Shown here: in pieces, positions 27,848-37,041 of the stretch
Layout: each line of letters opens with the position of its first letter
Numbering within the stretch: the first letter of the stretch is position 1
The notes under the pieces: model-generated
The model's input: the letters and a program-made list of their open reading frames with translations, nothing else
Told to the model about the DNA's origin: nothing
The model's database searches: none
Program-made: the position numbers and the translations under genes
Assembly (NCBI GenBank): GCA_041664465.1
Contig: JBAYKP010000002.1
Coordinates: 21,190 to 85,189 of the forward strand
DNA from: Minisyncoccota bacterium
GTDB taxonomy: Bacteria; Patescibacteriota; Minisyncoccia; Phycocordibacterales; UBA9973
Reading direction: 5' to 3'
DNA length: 64,000 nt

Positions 27848-28354
27848 TTACTTTTCTTTTTCTATTGTAATAGTTGGACCTTTGGGACCTTTTCTATAAT
27901 CTTCTGCTACTTTATAATTCTCAGTTATAAGGTGAAGTATTCGGTCGAGTCTTTCTCTCAAGAATGCATCGGCCATATATTTAGAACGTCCCGAAAGGAA
28001 AAGCTCTATCTTAATACGGTGACCTTCTTTGAGCCACTCTGAAGCTTTTCTGGCTTTCAAAGCGAGGTCATTCTCTCCAGTACCAATCTTTATTTGCACA
28101 GATTTGGTTTCTGTAGTTTTAGCTCCTGCTTTCGCCTTCTTCAACTTCTTATTTTGCTCATATTGATACTTACCAAAATTTGCTATTTTAACTATTGGGG
28201 GATTTGCATTGGGAGTGATTTCAATCAAATCAAAGCCTTGTTGATTGGCCATTGCGAATGCATCTTTAAAACTTAAAATACCAAGGTTTACACCTTCGTT
28301 TGAGATTACGCGAACCTCAGATGCTCGTATTTGATTGTTTATTCTTTCTCTCAA
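27848..28354 (-). CDS. infC: Translation initiation factor IF-3
   Basis: IF3 N- and C-domain motifs, and infC-rpmI-rplT order. Confidence 0.9.
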   Translation of the reverse strand: MRERINNQIRASEVRVISNEGVNLGILSFKDAFAMANQQGFDLIEITPNANPPIVKIANFGKYQYEQNKKLKKAKAGAKTTETKSVQIKIGTGENDLALKARKASEWLKEGHRIKIELFLSGRSKYMADAFLRERLDRILHLITENYKVAEDYRKGPKGPTITIEKEK

Positions 28355-28430
28355 TTTGTTTGCCGATAGAAATAAATAGATTACCTACCTAAATAGAATA
28401 CTAGCATATTTGTGTTATTATGGCAATACG

Positions 28431-29231
28431 ATGGATAACGTTATAAAAGTATATAAAAAGGTAGGTGAGACGCCTCTAGATTGCATTCAAAATCTCAAAA
28501 AAGATAGGCCAGAACTGGGCCTTTTACCTATGACTTATGCAGGACGGCTTGATCCGTTAGCAGAAGGGGTGCTTTTACTCCTTGTAGGTGAGGAATGTAA
28601 GAAGAAAGATGAATATCTTAATCTACACAAAGAGTATGAGGTAGAAGTTCTCTTTGGTTTCGCGACGGATACATATGATGTATTGGGAAAAGTCACTCCG
28701 TCGGAAATACTATTTAAAAGGTCCAGGGACCTGGGGGACGGGAGCCGGTGCCAGACCATTTCAAATCGCTCATCCTTTGACTTCGTTTTGCCTCTAAAGA
28801 AGATCCTTCCAAATTTTATTGGCAAGATAAAACAATCATATCCACCGTATTCTTCTCGTCCAGTAAATGGCAAGCCGTTGTTTATGTGGGCGAGGGAAGG
28901 GAAGCTAGGTGAGATAGAGATACCTACGCACAATGTGCAAATAGATAATATAGAAATAATGGGGCAAGATTTTATAAAAGGAAATGAACTTTTGGAAAAT
29001 ATTAAAGATAAAATTTCAAAAGTGAAAGGTGATTTTAGACAAGAAGAAATATTAAAAACTTGGGAGAAAGAATTGAAAGACAAAAAAGAAGAAAAATATC
29101 CTATAATTAAATTAAGAATTTCTTGTGGCAGTGGGGCCTATATGCGAAGTATTGCCAATGACATAGGGGAGAAGCTAAGCATCCCCGCTCTTGCCCTCAA
29201 AATAGTCCGCACAAAAGTAGGAGATTACTAA
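28431..29231 (+). CDS. truB: tRNA pseudouridine synthase (TruB family) with an internal GC-rich insertion
   Basis: YAGRLDPLAEGVLLLLVGE motif. The ATG at 28431 is preferred. Confidence 0.65.
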   Translation: MDNVIKVYKKVGETPLDCIQNLKKDRPELGLLPMTYAGRLDPLAEGVLLLLVGEECKKKDEYLNLHKEYEVEVLFGFATDTYDVLGKVTPSEILFKRSRDLGDGSRCQTISNRSSFDFVLPLKKILPNFIGKIKQSYPPYSSRPVNGKPLFMWAREGKLGEIEIPTHNVQIDNIEIMGQDFIKGNELLENIKDKISKVKGDFRQEEILKTWEKELKDKKEEKYPIIKLRISCGSGAYMRSIANDIGEKLSIPALALKIVRTKVGDY

Positions 29232-29234
29232 ATT

Positions 29235-29279
29235 CCCCAGAACTTACGCTATAGCGTAAGTTCTGGGGAATTTGTTTTT
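29235..29279 (+). terminator. Terminator (15-bp stem ccccagaacttacgc-tata-gcgtaagttctgggg + T-run)
   Basis: Read directly. Confidence 0.8.
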
Positions 29280-29293
29280 AGGGGTATTTAATA

Positions 29294-29299
29294 TATAAT
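29294..29299 (+). promoter_or_regulatory. -10 box (tataat) 8 nt before the ATG of paralog 3
   Basis: Motif and spacing. Confidence 0.35.
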
Positions 29300-29307
29300 T
29301 TAATCAT

Positions 29308-31029
29308 ATGAAAAGTGAGACGAAAAACTGCCAGAATTGCAAAAAAGACTTTACTATTGAGCCAGATGATTTTTCTTTTTATGAGAAAATAAAAGTCCCT
29401 CCGCCAACCTTTTGCTCGGAATGTAGAATGATACGAAGGATGATTTGGAGAAATGAGAGGTCTTTTTATCATCGTAATTGTGATTTGTGTGGAGAAAAGA
29501 TAATTTCAGTTTTTGATGATAAAAATTTGAAAATTTATTGCCAGAATTGTTGGCTTAGTGATAAATGGGAATCTTTGGAATATGGAGTAAATTATGATTT
29601 CTCCGCATCATTTTTTTCTCAGTATTCAGGTTTATATAAAAATATACCACTAATAAATTTAAATGGGCATATTTCAAATAAAAACTCACCGTATGTAAAT
29701 TATATTGTTCAGGCTAATAATTGCTATTTTTGTTTTGGTGGAGGATATATAGAAAATGTTATGTTTTCTAATGTTGGGGTAAGAATAAAAGATTCAATGG
29801 AAATATTTTTCTCAATGGATTGTGAATTTTGTTATGAAATATTAAATTGTCAGAAATGTTATCGTATTTATTATGGAAATAATTTGAAAGACTGCATGGA
29901 TAGTTATTTTTTGCAGGACTGCGTGAATTGTAAGGACTGTATCATGTCCTGTAATTTAAGGAATAAATCTTATTGTTTTAAAAATCAACAATTAACTAAA
30001 GAAAAGTTTTTGGTCAAAAAAGAAGAATTTTTAAATAAACTACAGAAAAATATTTATTCTCTTAAAAATGAATTTAAGGAAGTATTGATTAAAAGTCCTA
30101 AAAAATTTGCCAATATTTTGAAATCAGAATTTTCTACAGGTGATAATATCTCTGAAAGTTCACGAGTGGTAAATAGTTTTAATATTTCTAAGAGTGAAAA
30201 TTGTAAAAATTCACAAGATATAGTTGGAGTTGCTCGTGATATCTACGATACAACAAGTGCTGGGTTAGGACTGGAAAATATGTATGAATCAATGTCTGTA
30301 AGTATGAATATTTTGAATTCATTTTTTTCTTTATCAATAAGAAATGATTCTTTTAATATAAATTATTCTTTTGGGTTAACTTCATGTTCCAACTGCTTCG
30401 CCTGCATCGGTCTCCGCTCCAAACAATACTGCATCCTCAACCGCCAATACACCAAAGAAGAATACGAGAGCCTTGTCCCCAAAATCATAAAGCATATGAA
30501 CGACATGCCCTATATAGATAGTAAAGGTAGAATCTACAAATACGGTGAATTCTTCCCAAGTGAACTCTCACCCTTTGCCTACAACGAAACCATAGCCCAA
30601 GAATACTTCCCATTAACAAAGGATGAAGCTCTACAACAAGGCTACAAATGGAAAGACAAGGAAGAACGTAACTACAGTATAGATATACATACAGAAAACA
30701 TCCCAGATTCCATTAAAGACATACCTGATACAGATATCCTAAACAAAGTCATAGAATGTAACCATAAAGGAACCTGTAATCAACAATGTACAGAAGCCTA
30801 TAAGATTATACCCGAAGAACTATCCTTCTACAGACGTATGAATTTACCTCTACCTCGTCTCTGTCCTAACTGTAGACACTATGAACGTCTTTCTCAACGA
30901 AACCCTATGAAATTATGGCATAGAGCCTGTATGAAGCCTGGATGTACCAATGAATTTGAGACATCTTATGCTCCAGAGAGACCGGAGATTGTTTATTGTG
31001 AGAAGTGTTATCAGGGGGAGGTGTATTAA
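29308..31029 (+). CDS. Cysteine-rich paralog 3 (573 aa), same unknown family as 16614 and 18401
   Basis: Same N-terminal, central and C-terminal conserved blocks. Confidence 0.7.
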   Translation: MKSETKNCQNCKKDFTIEPDDFSFYEKIKVPPPTFCSECRMIRRMIWRNERSFYHRNCDLCGEKIISVFDDKNLKIYCQNCWLSDKWESLEYGVNYDFSASFFSQYSGLYKNIPLINLNGHISNKNSPYVNYIVQANNCYFCFGGGYIENVMFSNVGVRIKDSMEIFFSMDCEFCYEILNCQKCYRIYYGNNLKDCMDSYFLQDCVNCKDCIMSCNLRNKSYCFKNQQLTKEKFLVKKEEFLNKLQKNIYSLKNEFKEVLIKSPKKFANILKSEFSTGDNISESSRVVNSFNISKSENCKNSQDIVGVARDIYDTTSAGLGLENMYESMSVSMNILNSFFSLSIRNDSFNINYSFGLTSCSNCFACIGLRSKQYCILNRQYTKEEYESLVPKIIKHMNDMPYIDSKGRIYKYGEFFPSELSPFAYNETIAQEYFPLTKDEALQQGYKWKDKEERNYSIDIHTENIPDSIKDIPDTDILNKVIECNHKGTCNQQCTEAYKIIPEELSFYRRMNLPLPRLCPNCRHYERLSQRNPMKLWHRACMKPGCTNEFETSYAPERPEIVYCEKCYQGEVY

Positions 31030-32489
31030 AATATTACTTTCTTTGCTTCCTCAAATAATTCATCTATTCTTTCTTGAGTTTTTGCTTCACCGAAGAGTTT
31101 AATTATTGGTTCTGTATTTGAAGGACGAAGGTGGAGCCAAGAACTATCCGGTAAGTCTAGGCGTAGGCCATCTTGTTCATCATATGTAGCATCTTTAAAA
31201 TGCTCTTTCAATTTAATGTACATTTGTTTTAGGTCAGAGCCCAATGGCCATTTATCTTTCTTTATTATATATTTTGGCAATTCTTCCATCAGTTCACTTA
31301 TAGTTTTATTTCTCTCTGCCATAAGTTCAAGGATTAAAGCAAGTCCCGTAAAACTATCACGGACTGTATTTATAATAGGGTAGATTATTCCACCATTTCC
31401 TTCACCTCCAACTATTGCATTATGAGCTAGTATTCCTTCTACGACGAATCCTTCGCCAATTTTAGTTCGGAATGTTTCACTTCCATATTTTTTAGCTACA
31501 TCAGCTCCTCTTTGTGAAGTAGAAAGATTAAGCACTATAGGCTTACCTGGATGTTTTGATATCACATTTTCTATTACCAATGCTATAGAATTTTCTTCTG
31601 ACTCCACAATTCCTTTATCACTTACCAATACCAGCCTATCAGCATCAGGATCATGGACGAAGCCTACATCTACTTTTTTTTCAACAACTAATTTTTCTAT
31701 ATCGCCTAGATTCTCACGAAGAGGCTCTGGTCTGTGCCCGAATTTACCATTAGGGATATTGTTTAAGGGATATACTTCTACTCCTAGTTGTTCAAATAAA
31801 TAAGGATCCATCACACAAGCTGAAGCATTGATCATATCAACAGCTACTTTGAATTTCTTAGCACGGATTACTTCTACATTTATATTTTCTAATATTTTAT
31901 CAGCATGTTCTTTGAGAAAGTTTGGTGTAATGTTAGATGGATTTTCGCTCGACTCATTATTCCCGTCAGCACGCGATAAAATTCTACTGAATTTTTCGCT
32001 AGTGCTCGGCTCGACAGCCTGTGCAATGCTTCCTGGAACAATGAGTTCTCGCTCAAATCCATCCCGTTCGAATTTCTTAATTTCTTCTTCATAATATTTA
32101 TTTATCCTTTCTACTTCTTCATTTACAGTGAAAAGAGCTTTATCATTTACAAATTTGAGGCCGTTATATTCTATTGGGTTATGACTTGCGGTAATTATTA
32201 TAGCTCCATCATATCCGTGTTTACGAACAGAGAATAGAACTGTCGGCGTTGGAAGTATATCTCCATATACTGCTTCTACTCCCAGATTTTTTAATTCATT
32301 TAGAATTATTTCTCTTATCTCAGGTCCAGACTCACGACCATCTCTGCCAATTAAAATAGTAGGATGTTCCTTTTTTTCTTTTAAAAATGAAACGAAAGCA
32401 CGCGTATATAAAATAACCACCTCTTTACTAAGTGATTCACCCCAGATACCTCTATATCCAGAGACATTAATTCTTTGTTTAAATTCCAT
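31026..32489 (-). CDS. Phosphohexomutase (phosphoglucosamine mutase / phosphomannomutase family) carrying an in-frame repeat-element insertion
   Basis: GAIIITASHNP (active Ser), DPDADR, GGEGNGG and RPSNTEP motifs. The inserted peptide GSIAQAVEPSTSEKFSRILSRADGN is encoded by the repeat at 31951-32047. The ATG at 32489 is preferred over 32546. Confidence 0.8.
   Translation of the reverse strand: MEFKQRINVSGYRGIWGESLSKEVVILYTRAFVSFLKEKKEHPTILIGRDGRESGPEIREIILNELKNLGVEAVYGDILPTPTVLFSVRKHGYDGAIIITASHNPIEYNGLKFVNDKALFTVNEEVERINKYYEEEIKKFERDGFERELIVPGSIAQAVEPSTSEKFSRILSRADGNNESSENPSNITPNFLKEHADKILENINVEVIRAKKFKVAVDMINASACVMDPYLFEQLGVEVYPLNNIPNGKFGHRPEPLRENLGDIEKLVVEKKVDVGFVHDPDADRLVLVSDKGIVESEENSIALVIENVISKHPGKPIVLNLSTSQRGADVAKKYGSETFRTKIGEGFVVEGILAHNAIVGGEGNGGIIYPIINTVRDSFTGLALILELMAERNKTISELMEELPKYIIKKDKWPLGSDLKQMYIKLKEHFKDATYDEQDGLRLDLPDSSWLHLRPSNTEPIIKLFGEAKTQERIDELFEEAKKVIF
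31951..32047 (+). repeat. Palindromic repeat element copy C, in-frame inside the phosphohexomutase gene
   Basis: The core attcccgtcagcacgcgataaaattct..ctgaatttttcgctagt..ctcgg...gcttcctggaaca is shared with 48461-48542. Flanked by inverted gactcatt / aatgagt. Confidence 0.8.
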
Positions 32490-32526
32490 TCCTTTATAAT
32501 ACCAGTTTTTGAGGAATGAGGGAATA

Positions 32527-32952
32527 TTATTGAAAACTAATTTCAAATGGATACATTCCCATACCGCAGGAGCCGTTTAGGGTGCCGGCTGGTTGTGTAC
32601 TGAGGTCTATATCTGTACTTCCTGATTGTGGGAGACTTTTAAAGATATTCATAGAAGGAATTCTGACAGAAGAAGAGCAATCAAAAGTTCCATTTGTGTT
32701 AAATCTTAAAATTGTAGGAATTCCTGCCTTTGCAATACTTTTCCTTGGTTGGTAACCACCTTTAGCATTTATCTCTATAATTTGTTTACCATCTACTACC
32801 GAAACATTCTTTATAGAAGTTTCTTGTGTTGTTCCAGTACTATTATTACTAGAATCATTTGATTGATTACTTGTTTTTCCACTCGTAAGAACAATAGCAA
32901 ATATAATTAATGCCGCTGATACTACTATTGAGATGATTGTGTTTTTTGTCAT
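32527..32952 (-). CDS. Cupredoxin-like domain membrane-anchored protein
   Basis: C-terminal GSCGMGMYPFEI resembles the cupredoxin-like Y-x-C-x3-H/x-x2-M motif. Paralog of 44140-44499. Confidence 0.45.
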   Translation of the reverse strand: MTKNTIISIVVSAALIIFAIVLTSGKTSNQSNDSSNNSTGTTQETSIKNVSVVDGKQIIEINAKGGYQPRKSIAKAGIPTILRFNTNGTFDCSSSVRIPSMNIFKSLPQSGSTDIDLSTQPAGTLNGSCGMGMYPFEISFQ

Positions 32953-32953
32953 T

Positions 32954-34015
32954 TTAAAAATTAAATATTGGCTTTATTAATCCGATTACGACCAAACTAT
33001 TCAATACATTCATTATAGCAAAAAGTATGACGATAAGCCCAGCTGACTTGAAGAAGATGCCAGAGTTTTTATTATTCTTTATACTAAAAGAACTGAAGCT
33101 TATCAAAGCAAGTACAGGAAGAGTCCCTAAAGCAAAAGCAAACATTGTAAGAGCTCCATTCATGAAACTTCCAGTAGAAAGAGTGTATATCTGCATTGAT
33201 TGAGTAAATCCACATGGAAGAAAGAATGTAGCTATGCCAACTAAAATTGGAGTGAGAGAGTGGTTTAATTTGGAAATATTGAAAGCTCTTTTTGATATAA
33301 ACTTTGGCATGCTTAATTGCAGTTTTTTAGTAGAGTGGAATACATCAAGCAAGTTTATACCCATGATAAGCATAACTATGCCTATAAATATTCCTAAGCC
33401 AAACGCTGCTCCAGTATTTAAAGTGAATACACTTCCAAGAGCACCGATAACTCCACCTAATATAAAAAATGAGACGAGCCTACCGAGATGGAAAAGTATT
33501 TGAGGCTTCACCTTATCGCCTTCTTGGGCGAAAGTTGCCGACATTGAGAGGACAAGTCCTCCGACGACGGCCATACAAGTAGAGAGGGAAGCGATAATCC
33601 CGACCACAAAAGCAGTCCCATAAGTAATTTTTGATGTATTTATTAGATTTACCAGTCCAATCTTTTGCAAGATTATAAATAAAGCAATAAATAATAAAGC
33701 CACAGGTATCGCGATTTTAAAATCTGACCAATTTTTGTCTCTTTTTTGTTTTTCAAGTGAGAGAGTATATCCGTGAGGTTTTAAAACAGTTGTTAATTCT
33801 TCTGCTATCTGTTCTATTGTCTTATCTCCGAAATCCCCCTCTATTTCTACGGAAGTATTCTTGAGGCTTGATCTCACGTGTGTTATATAAGGTAATTCCT
33901 TTAATTCACTTTCAGTTAAGAGTACACAAGAATTGCAGTGCATACCATTTACATGAAATTTATATTTTGTTGTTTGATTTTGATTGTTCATATAGTTAGA
34001 TATACAATTTACCAT
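32954..34015 (-). CDS. HMA (heavy-metal-associated) domain fused to a CcdA/DsbD-like polytopic membrane domain
   Basis: N-terminal GMHCNSC motif. TM Cys motifs STC and LPCGFT resemble the CcdA SPC/TPC pattern. Confidence 0.55.
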   Translation of the reverse strand: MVNCISNYMNNQNQTTKYKFHVNGMHCNSCVLLTESELKELPYITHVRSSLKNTSVEIEGDFGDKTIEQIAEELTTVLKPHGYTLSLEKQKRDKNWSDFKIAIPVALLFIALFIILQKIGLVNLINTSKITYGTAFVVGIIASLSTCMAVVGGLVLSMSATFAQEGDKVKPQILFHLGRLVSFFILGGVIGALGSVFTLNTGAAFGLGIFIGIVMLIMGINLLDVFHSTKKLQLSMPKFISKRAFNISKLNHSLTPILVGIATFFLPCGFTQSMQIYTLSTGSFMNGALTMFAFALGTLPVLALISFSSFSIKNNKNSGIFFKSAGLIVILFAIMNVLNSLVVIGLIKPIFNF

Positions 34016-34061
34016 AAAAAAATACCTTTTACAATTAAGTATTTATCTACATAAAATATTA

Positions 34062-34086
34062 TATACCCCCTAGGGGTATATGTCAA
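34062..34086 (-). promoter_or_regulatory. CsoR-type operator palindrome (tatacccc-cta-ggggtata) lying between ttgaca (-35) and an AT-rich -10 on the minus strand
   Basis: Near-identical palindromes at 34782-34806 and 44792-44818. Resembles the published Bacillus CsoR operator (TACCC...GGGGTA). Confidence 0.6.
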
Positions 34087-34088
34087 TA

Positions 34089-34472
34089 TTATTTTACATT
34101 ATTAATAATGTTTTGAATAATTTGGTCAATTTCTTTTGGCCTCTCACCTAAATCTGCTTGTGGGAAGAATTGTGACAGAATAATTGGTCGCATACCAGAA
34201 ATAAAAGTTTGTCCGTCTTTGTTATAAACATTTATTTTGCACGGCAAGCAGAGTCCGATTTTAATGTCTTTTTCTAAAAATTCATTAGCAAACTTGGCAC
34301 TACAAAATTCAATAATTTTAAATGATTCTCGTTCAAATCCTTTTTCGCCTAAAGTTTTTTGTACGTCATGAATATACAAAACACGCATGAGAGCTTTGGC
34401 GATTTCATCCTCCACACTTTTGACTACGTCATCAAAAGTTTTAGTTGTAGTTACTGTATAATCAAATTCCAT
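34089..34472 (-). CDS. DUF302-family protein
   Basis: Conserved GLCLPCKINVY segment typical of DUF302. Confidence 0.55.
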   Translation of the reverse strand: MEFDYTVTTTKTFDDVVKSVEDEIAKALMRVLYIHDVQKTLGEKGFERESFKIIEFCSAKFANEFLEKDIKIGLCLPCKINVYNKDGQTFISGMRPIILSQFFPQADLGERPKEIDQIIQNIINNVK

Positions 34473-34497
34473 AAATTTTTATATATTAAACTAATAA

Positions 34498-34722
34498 TTA
34501 AGCACTTAAATCCTTTTTCTTTTCTTCAAATTCTTTTTTATCTATTTCACCTTTAGCGTATCTTTCTTCTAAGGTATGAAGAGATTTCTTGCTATCCATT
34601 ACATTTGTTTTATTGTTGCTGATAAGCCAAATAATAAAATAAATAATTGCTCCCCAAAACAAAATCATCATAATTCCACCTCCAAACCAACCACCCCATC
34701 CATTATATATTCCATACATCAT
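34498..34722 (-). CDS. SHOCT-domain small membrane protein
   Basis: Gly-rich TM N-terminus plus C-terminal [22 protein letters not shown] (SHOCT-like). Confidence 0.5.
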   Translation of the reverse strand: MMYGIYNGWGGWFGGGIMMILFWGAIIYFIIWLISNNKTNVMDSKKSLHTLEERYAKGEIDKKEFEEKKKDLSA

Positions 34723-34781
34723 ATAATTTACTTTTGTTTATTTTTATAATAAATACAGTCCGACAAACTTATATAATATTA

Positions 34782-34806
34782 TATACCCCTAGGGGGTATG
34801 TGTCAA
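34782..34806 (-). promoter_or_regulatory. CsoR-type operator palindrome (tatacccc-ta-gggggtat) + ttgaca -35 upstream of the SHOCT/DUF302 pair
   Basis: As for 34062. Confidence 0.6.
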
Positions 34807-34869
34807 CGATATCAATAAACAAGAAAACTACTTCATATGAAGTAGTTTTCTTGTTTATGAATCTCTCTA

Positions 34870-35568
34870 TTATAATTTTTCTATTTTTTGTATAAGCATA
34901 TCATTTGCTATGGCCATATTGGGGTCATCAAATACATATCTGACTATTCCTTCTTTATCTATAACTATATAGGTATGCCCTGGAAGAGAACCTCTATGCA
35001 TTGAAGAAGCAGTAGTTAAGAGACCTAATTGTTTAGATGTGTTTGCATTGATATCAAACATCGTCATTGTTTTTGCGAGTTCTGGCATTTGGTCTATTGC
35101 TTTCTGCCAATCTTTGGCAGGGTCAACTACGACAGAAATAGCTTGAGTTTTATCGTTATTGAATCTCGCATCACTTCCAAAGGCTGACATTTGATTCCAG
35201 CAAGCTGGATAGCACATAAGTCCTTCATTGAAGAACAAGACTATATTTTTACCTTTTAAATCAGCAGGTGTATATATTTTTCCATCTTTATCAGATAATG
35301 AGATTGCAGGCATAGTTTTCCCCACAAGAGAATTTAATAATGTATTGTCCGTCGCTATCGATGCACCACCATGATCGTGTGGATTAGGAGTTGTGTTACT
35401 ATTGTTAACACTAGTTTGAGGATTAGTTTTTGGTCCTTGGGAAGGGTTTTTTATTAGGAAGTATCCTAAAAATAATATTACAATTGAAAGTATTACAATT
35501 GAAAATACAAGTGGTTTATTATTTTGATTATTCATGTTTTTTGTTTTTATTTTGATTAATGAACACAT
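34870..35568 (-). CDS. Membrane-anchored thioredoxin-fold thiol:disulfide oxidoreductase (TlpA/redoxin-like)
   Basis: Active-site-like CYPAC within IVLFFNEGLMCYPACWNQ. Confidence 0.55.
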   Translation of the reverse strand: MCSLIKIKTKNMNNQNNKPLVFSIVILSIVILFLGYFLIKNPSQGPKTNPQTSVNNSNTTPNPHDHGGASIATDNTLLNSLVGKTMPAISLSDKDGKIYTPADLKGKNIVLFFNEGLMCYPACWNQMSAFGSDARFNNDKTQAISVVVDPAKDWQKAIDQMPELAKTMTMFDINANTSKQLGLLTTASSMHRGSLPGHTYIVIDKEGIVRYVFDDPNMAIANDMLIQKIEKL

Positions 35569-36388
35569 ACGATATGAGTATTATTATTCCGACGAATAAT
35601 AATGCCCATATGTATTCAGGGATTACTTTTATAAATCCACTGATAGATTTTAAGAATTTAGCATTGTATAAATTCATATCTAATTGATAATCTGAGTGAA
35701 CAAACAATTTATCTTTAAAAGCTAAATATGTAATATAGCTTCCCATTAAGAAAAATATAAGTCCAGAGATTAATTCAGAAACAGAAATTTTCCAGCTGAA
35801 ACTACCAATTCTCATACCAATACTTCTCTTAGCATTAGTAAACTTTTCTGCTAGGTTTACTTTATCCAAGAAGGCTGCAATGATGAATAACGGCAAGGTC
35901 ATCCCTAGGACATATGCGAGTGTATATAAGACACCCCAGACTATTGTACCGCTTGTTAGTGATAGAGTTAGAACTCCTGCTAAAACTGGAGCACAACAAG
36001 TAGTTGCAATCGCTGAGAAAATACCGAGAACATAGATAGAAGAGACGTGCCTTCTCATTCCATCTCGAAGAGAAACTGGTCGAGCAAACTTTTTACCCAA
36101 AAGCATTATTATTCCTAATATTATTAAGAATATTCCACCTACAGTAAAGATTACATTATGATATTTACTGAAAAGTTGTGCTAAGGCAGAGAATCCTAAA
36201 CCGATTGGAACAAAGACAGTTGCTACTCCTAGGAAAAATATAAAAGTCATAAAAAAGATTTTATATTTTTCTCTAAAGATATTTCCCAAATAAGAGGGGA
36301 GTAGAACTGTAATGCAACAGGGAGCAAAGAGTGCTGCGACTCCAGCCACAAAGGCTGCTACTAACGATATTCCGACTAATGATTCCAT
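35528..36388 (-). CDS. CcdA/DsbD-like polytopic membrane protein with paired Cys motifs
   Basis: FAPCCITVLLP and ATTCCAPVLAGV in TM segments. Confidence 0.5.
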   Translation of the reverse strand: MESLVGISLVAAFVAGVAALFAPCCITVLLPSYLGNIFREKYKIFFMTFIFFLGVATVFVPIGLGFSALAQLFSKYHNVIFTVGGIFLIILGIIMLLGKKFARPVSLRDGMRRHVSSIYVLGIFSAIATTCCAPVLAGVLTLSLTSGTIVWGVLYTLAYVLGMTLPLFIIAAFLDKVNLAEKFTNAKRSIGMRIGSFSWKISVSELISGLIFFLMGSYITYLAFKDKLFVHSDYQLDMNLYNAKFLKSISGFIKVIPEYIWALLFVGIIILISYVFINQNKNKKHE

Positions 36389-37026
36389 ATATTTTTTTCT
36401 TTAAAATTAGGAATAAATGCAGGGACTTTTTCTTTGTATTTTATATATTCTTCACCAAATTCTTTTTCCATCTCCCTTTCTTCTTTATAAGAAAGACGTG
36501 TATACATAAAAACTAAAATAGGGAACATTGCTAATGTTAGTATTGTTGGCCATTGCAAAAGAAATCCAACCATTATCATTATAAAACCAACATACTGAGG
36601 ATGTCGGGTATATTTGTATATTCCATTTACAGCGAGAGTATGCTCTTTTTGTGCTTTATATAAAACTTGCCAAGCCTTGGCTATAATTATAAAACCAATA
36701 ATAATAAATACACTACTTAAAGTATGTATTATATTAAAATGCGGATCTCCTTTTAATCCCAATAGAGTTTCCCATAAATGTCCATTATTATGGCTAAGCC
36801 AATCTACATTAGGAAAATATTTTATTAATGTTCCAGAGAAAAAATAAATAGTTAGAGGGAATCCGTACATTTCTGTGAAAAGAGCTACTATGAAAGCAGA
36901 AAACGCTCCAAATGATCGCCAGTCTCTTTTTGTTTTAGGATGAGTAAAACTAAAAGCAAAGACAATAAATATTGTTGTTTCTAATAATACTAATCCCCAT
37001 AATCCATAACCTGATGTTGTTGTCAT
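36376..37026 (-). CDS. Isoprenylcysteine carboxyl methyltransferase-family (ICMT/PEMT-like) membrane methyltransferase
   Basis: RHPQYVG motif. 216 aa, polytopic. Confidence 0.6.
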   Translation of the reverse strand: MTTTSGYGLWGLVLLETTIFIVFAFSFTHPKTKRDWRSFGAFSAFIVALFTEMYGFPLTIYFFSGTLIKYFPNVDWLSHNNGHLWETLLGLKGDPHFNIIHTLSSVFIIIGFIIIAKAWQVLYKAQKEHTLAVNGIYKYTRHPQYVGFIMIMVGFLLQWPTILTLAMFPILVFMYTRLSYKEEREMEKEFGEEYIKYKEKVPAFIPNFKEKNIWNH

Positions 37027-37041
37027 AATGTTTTTATATTA

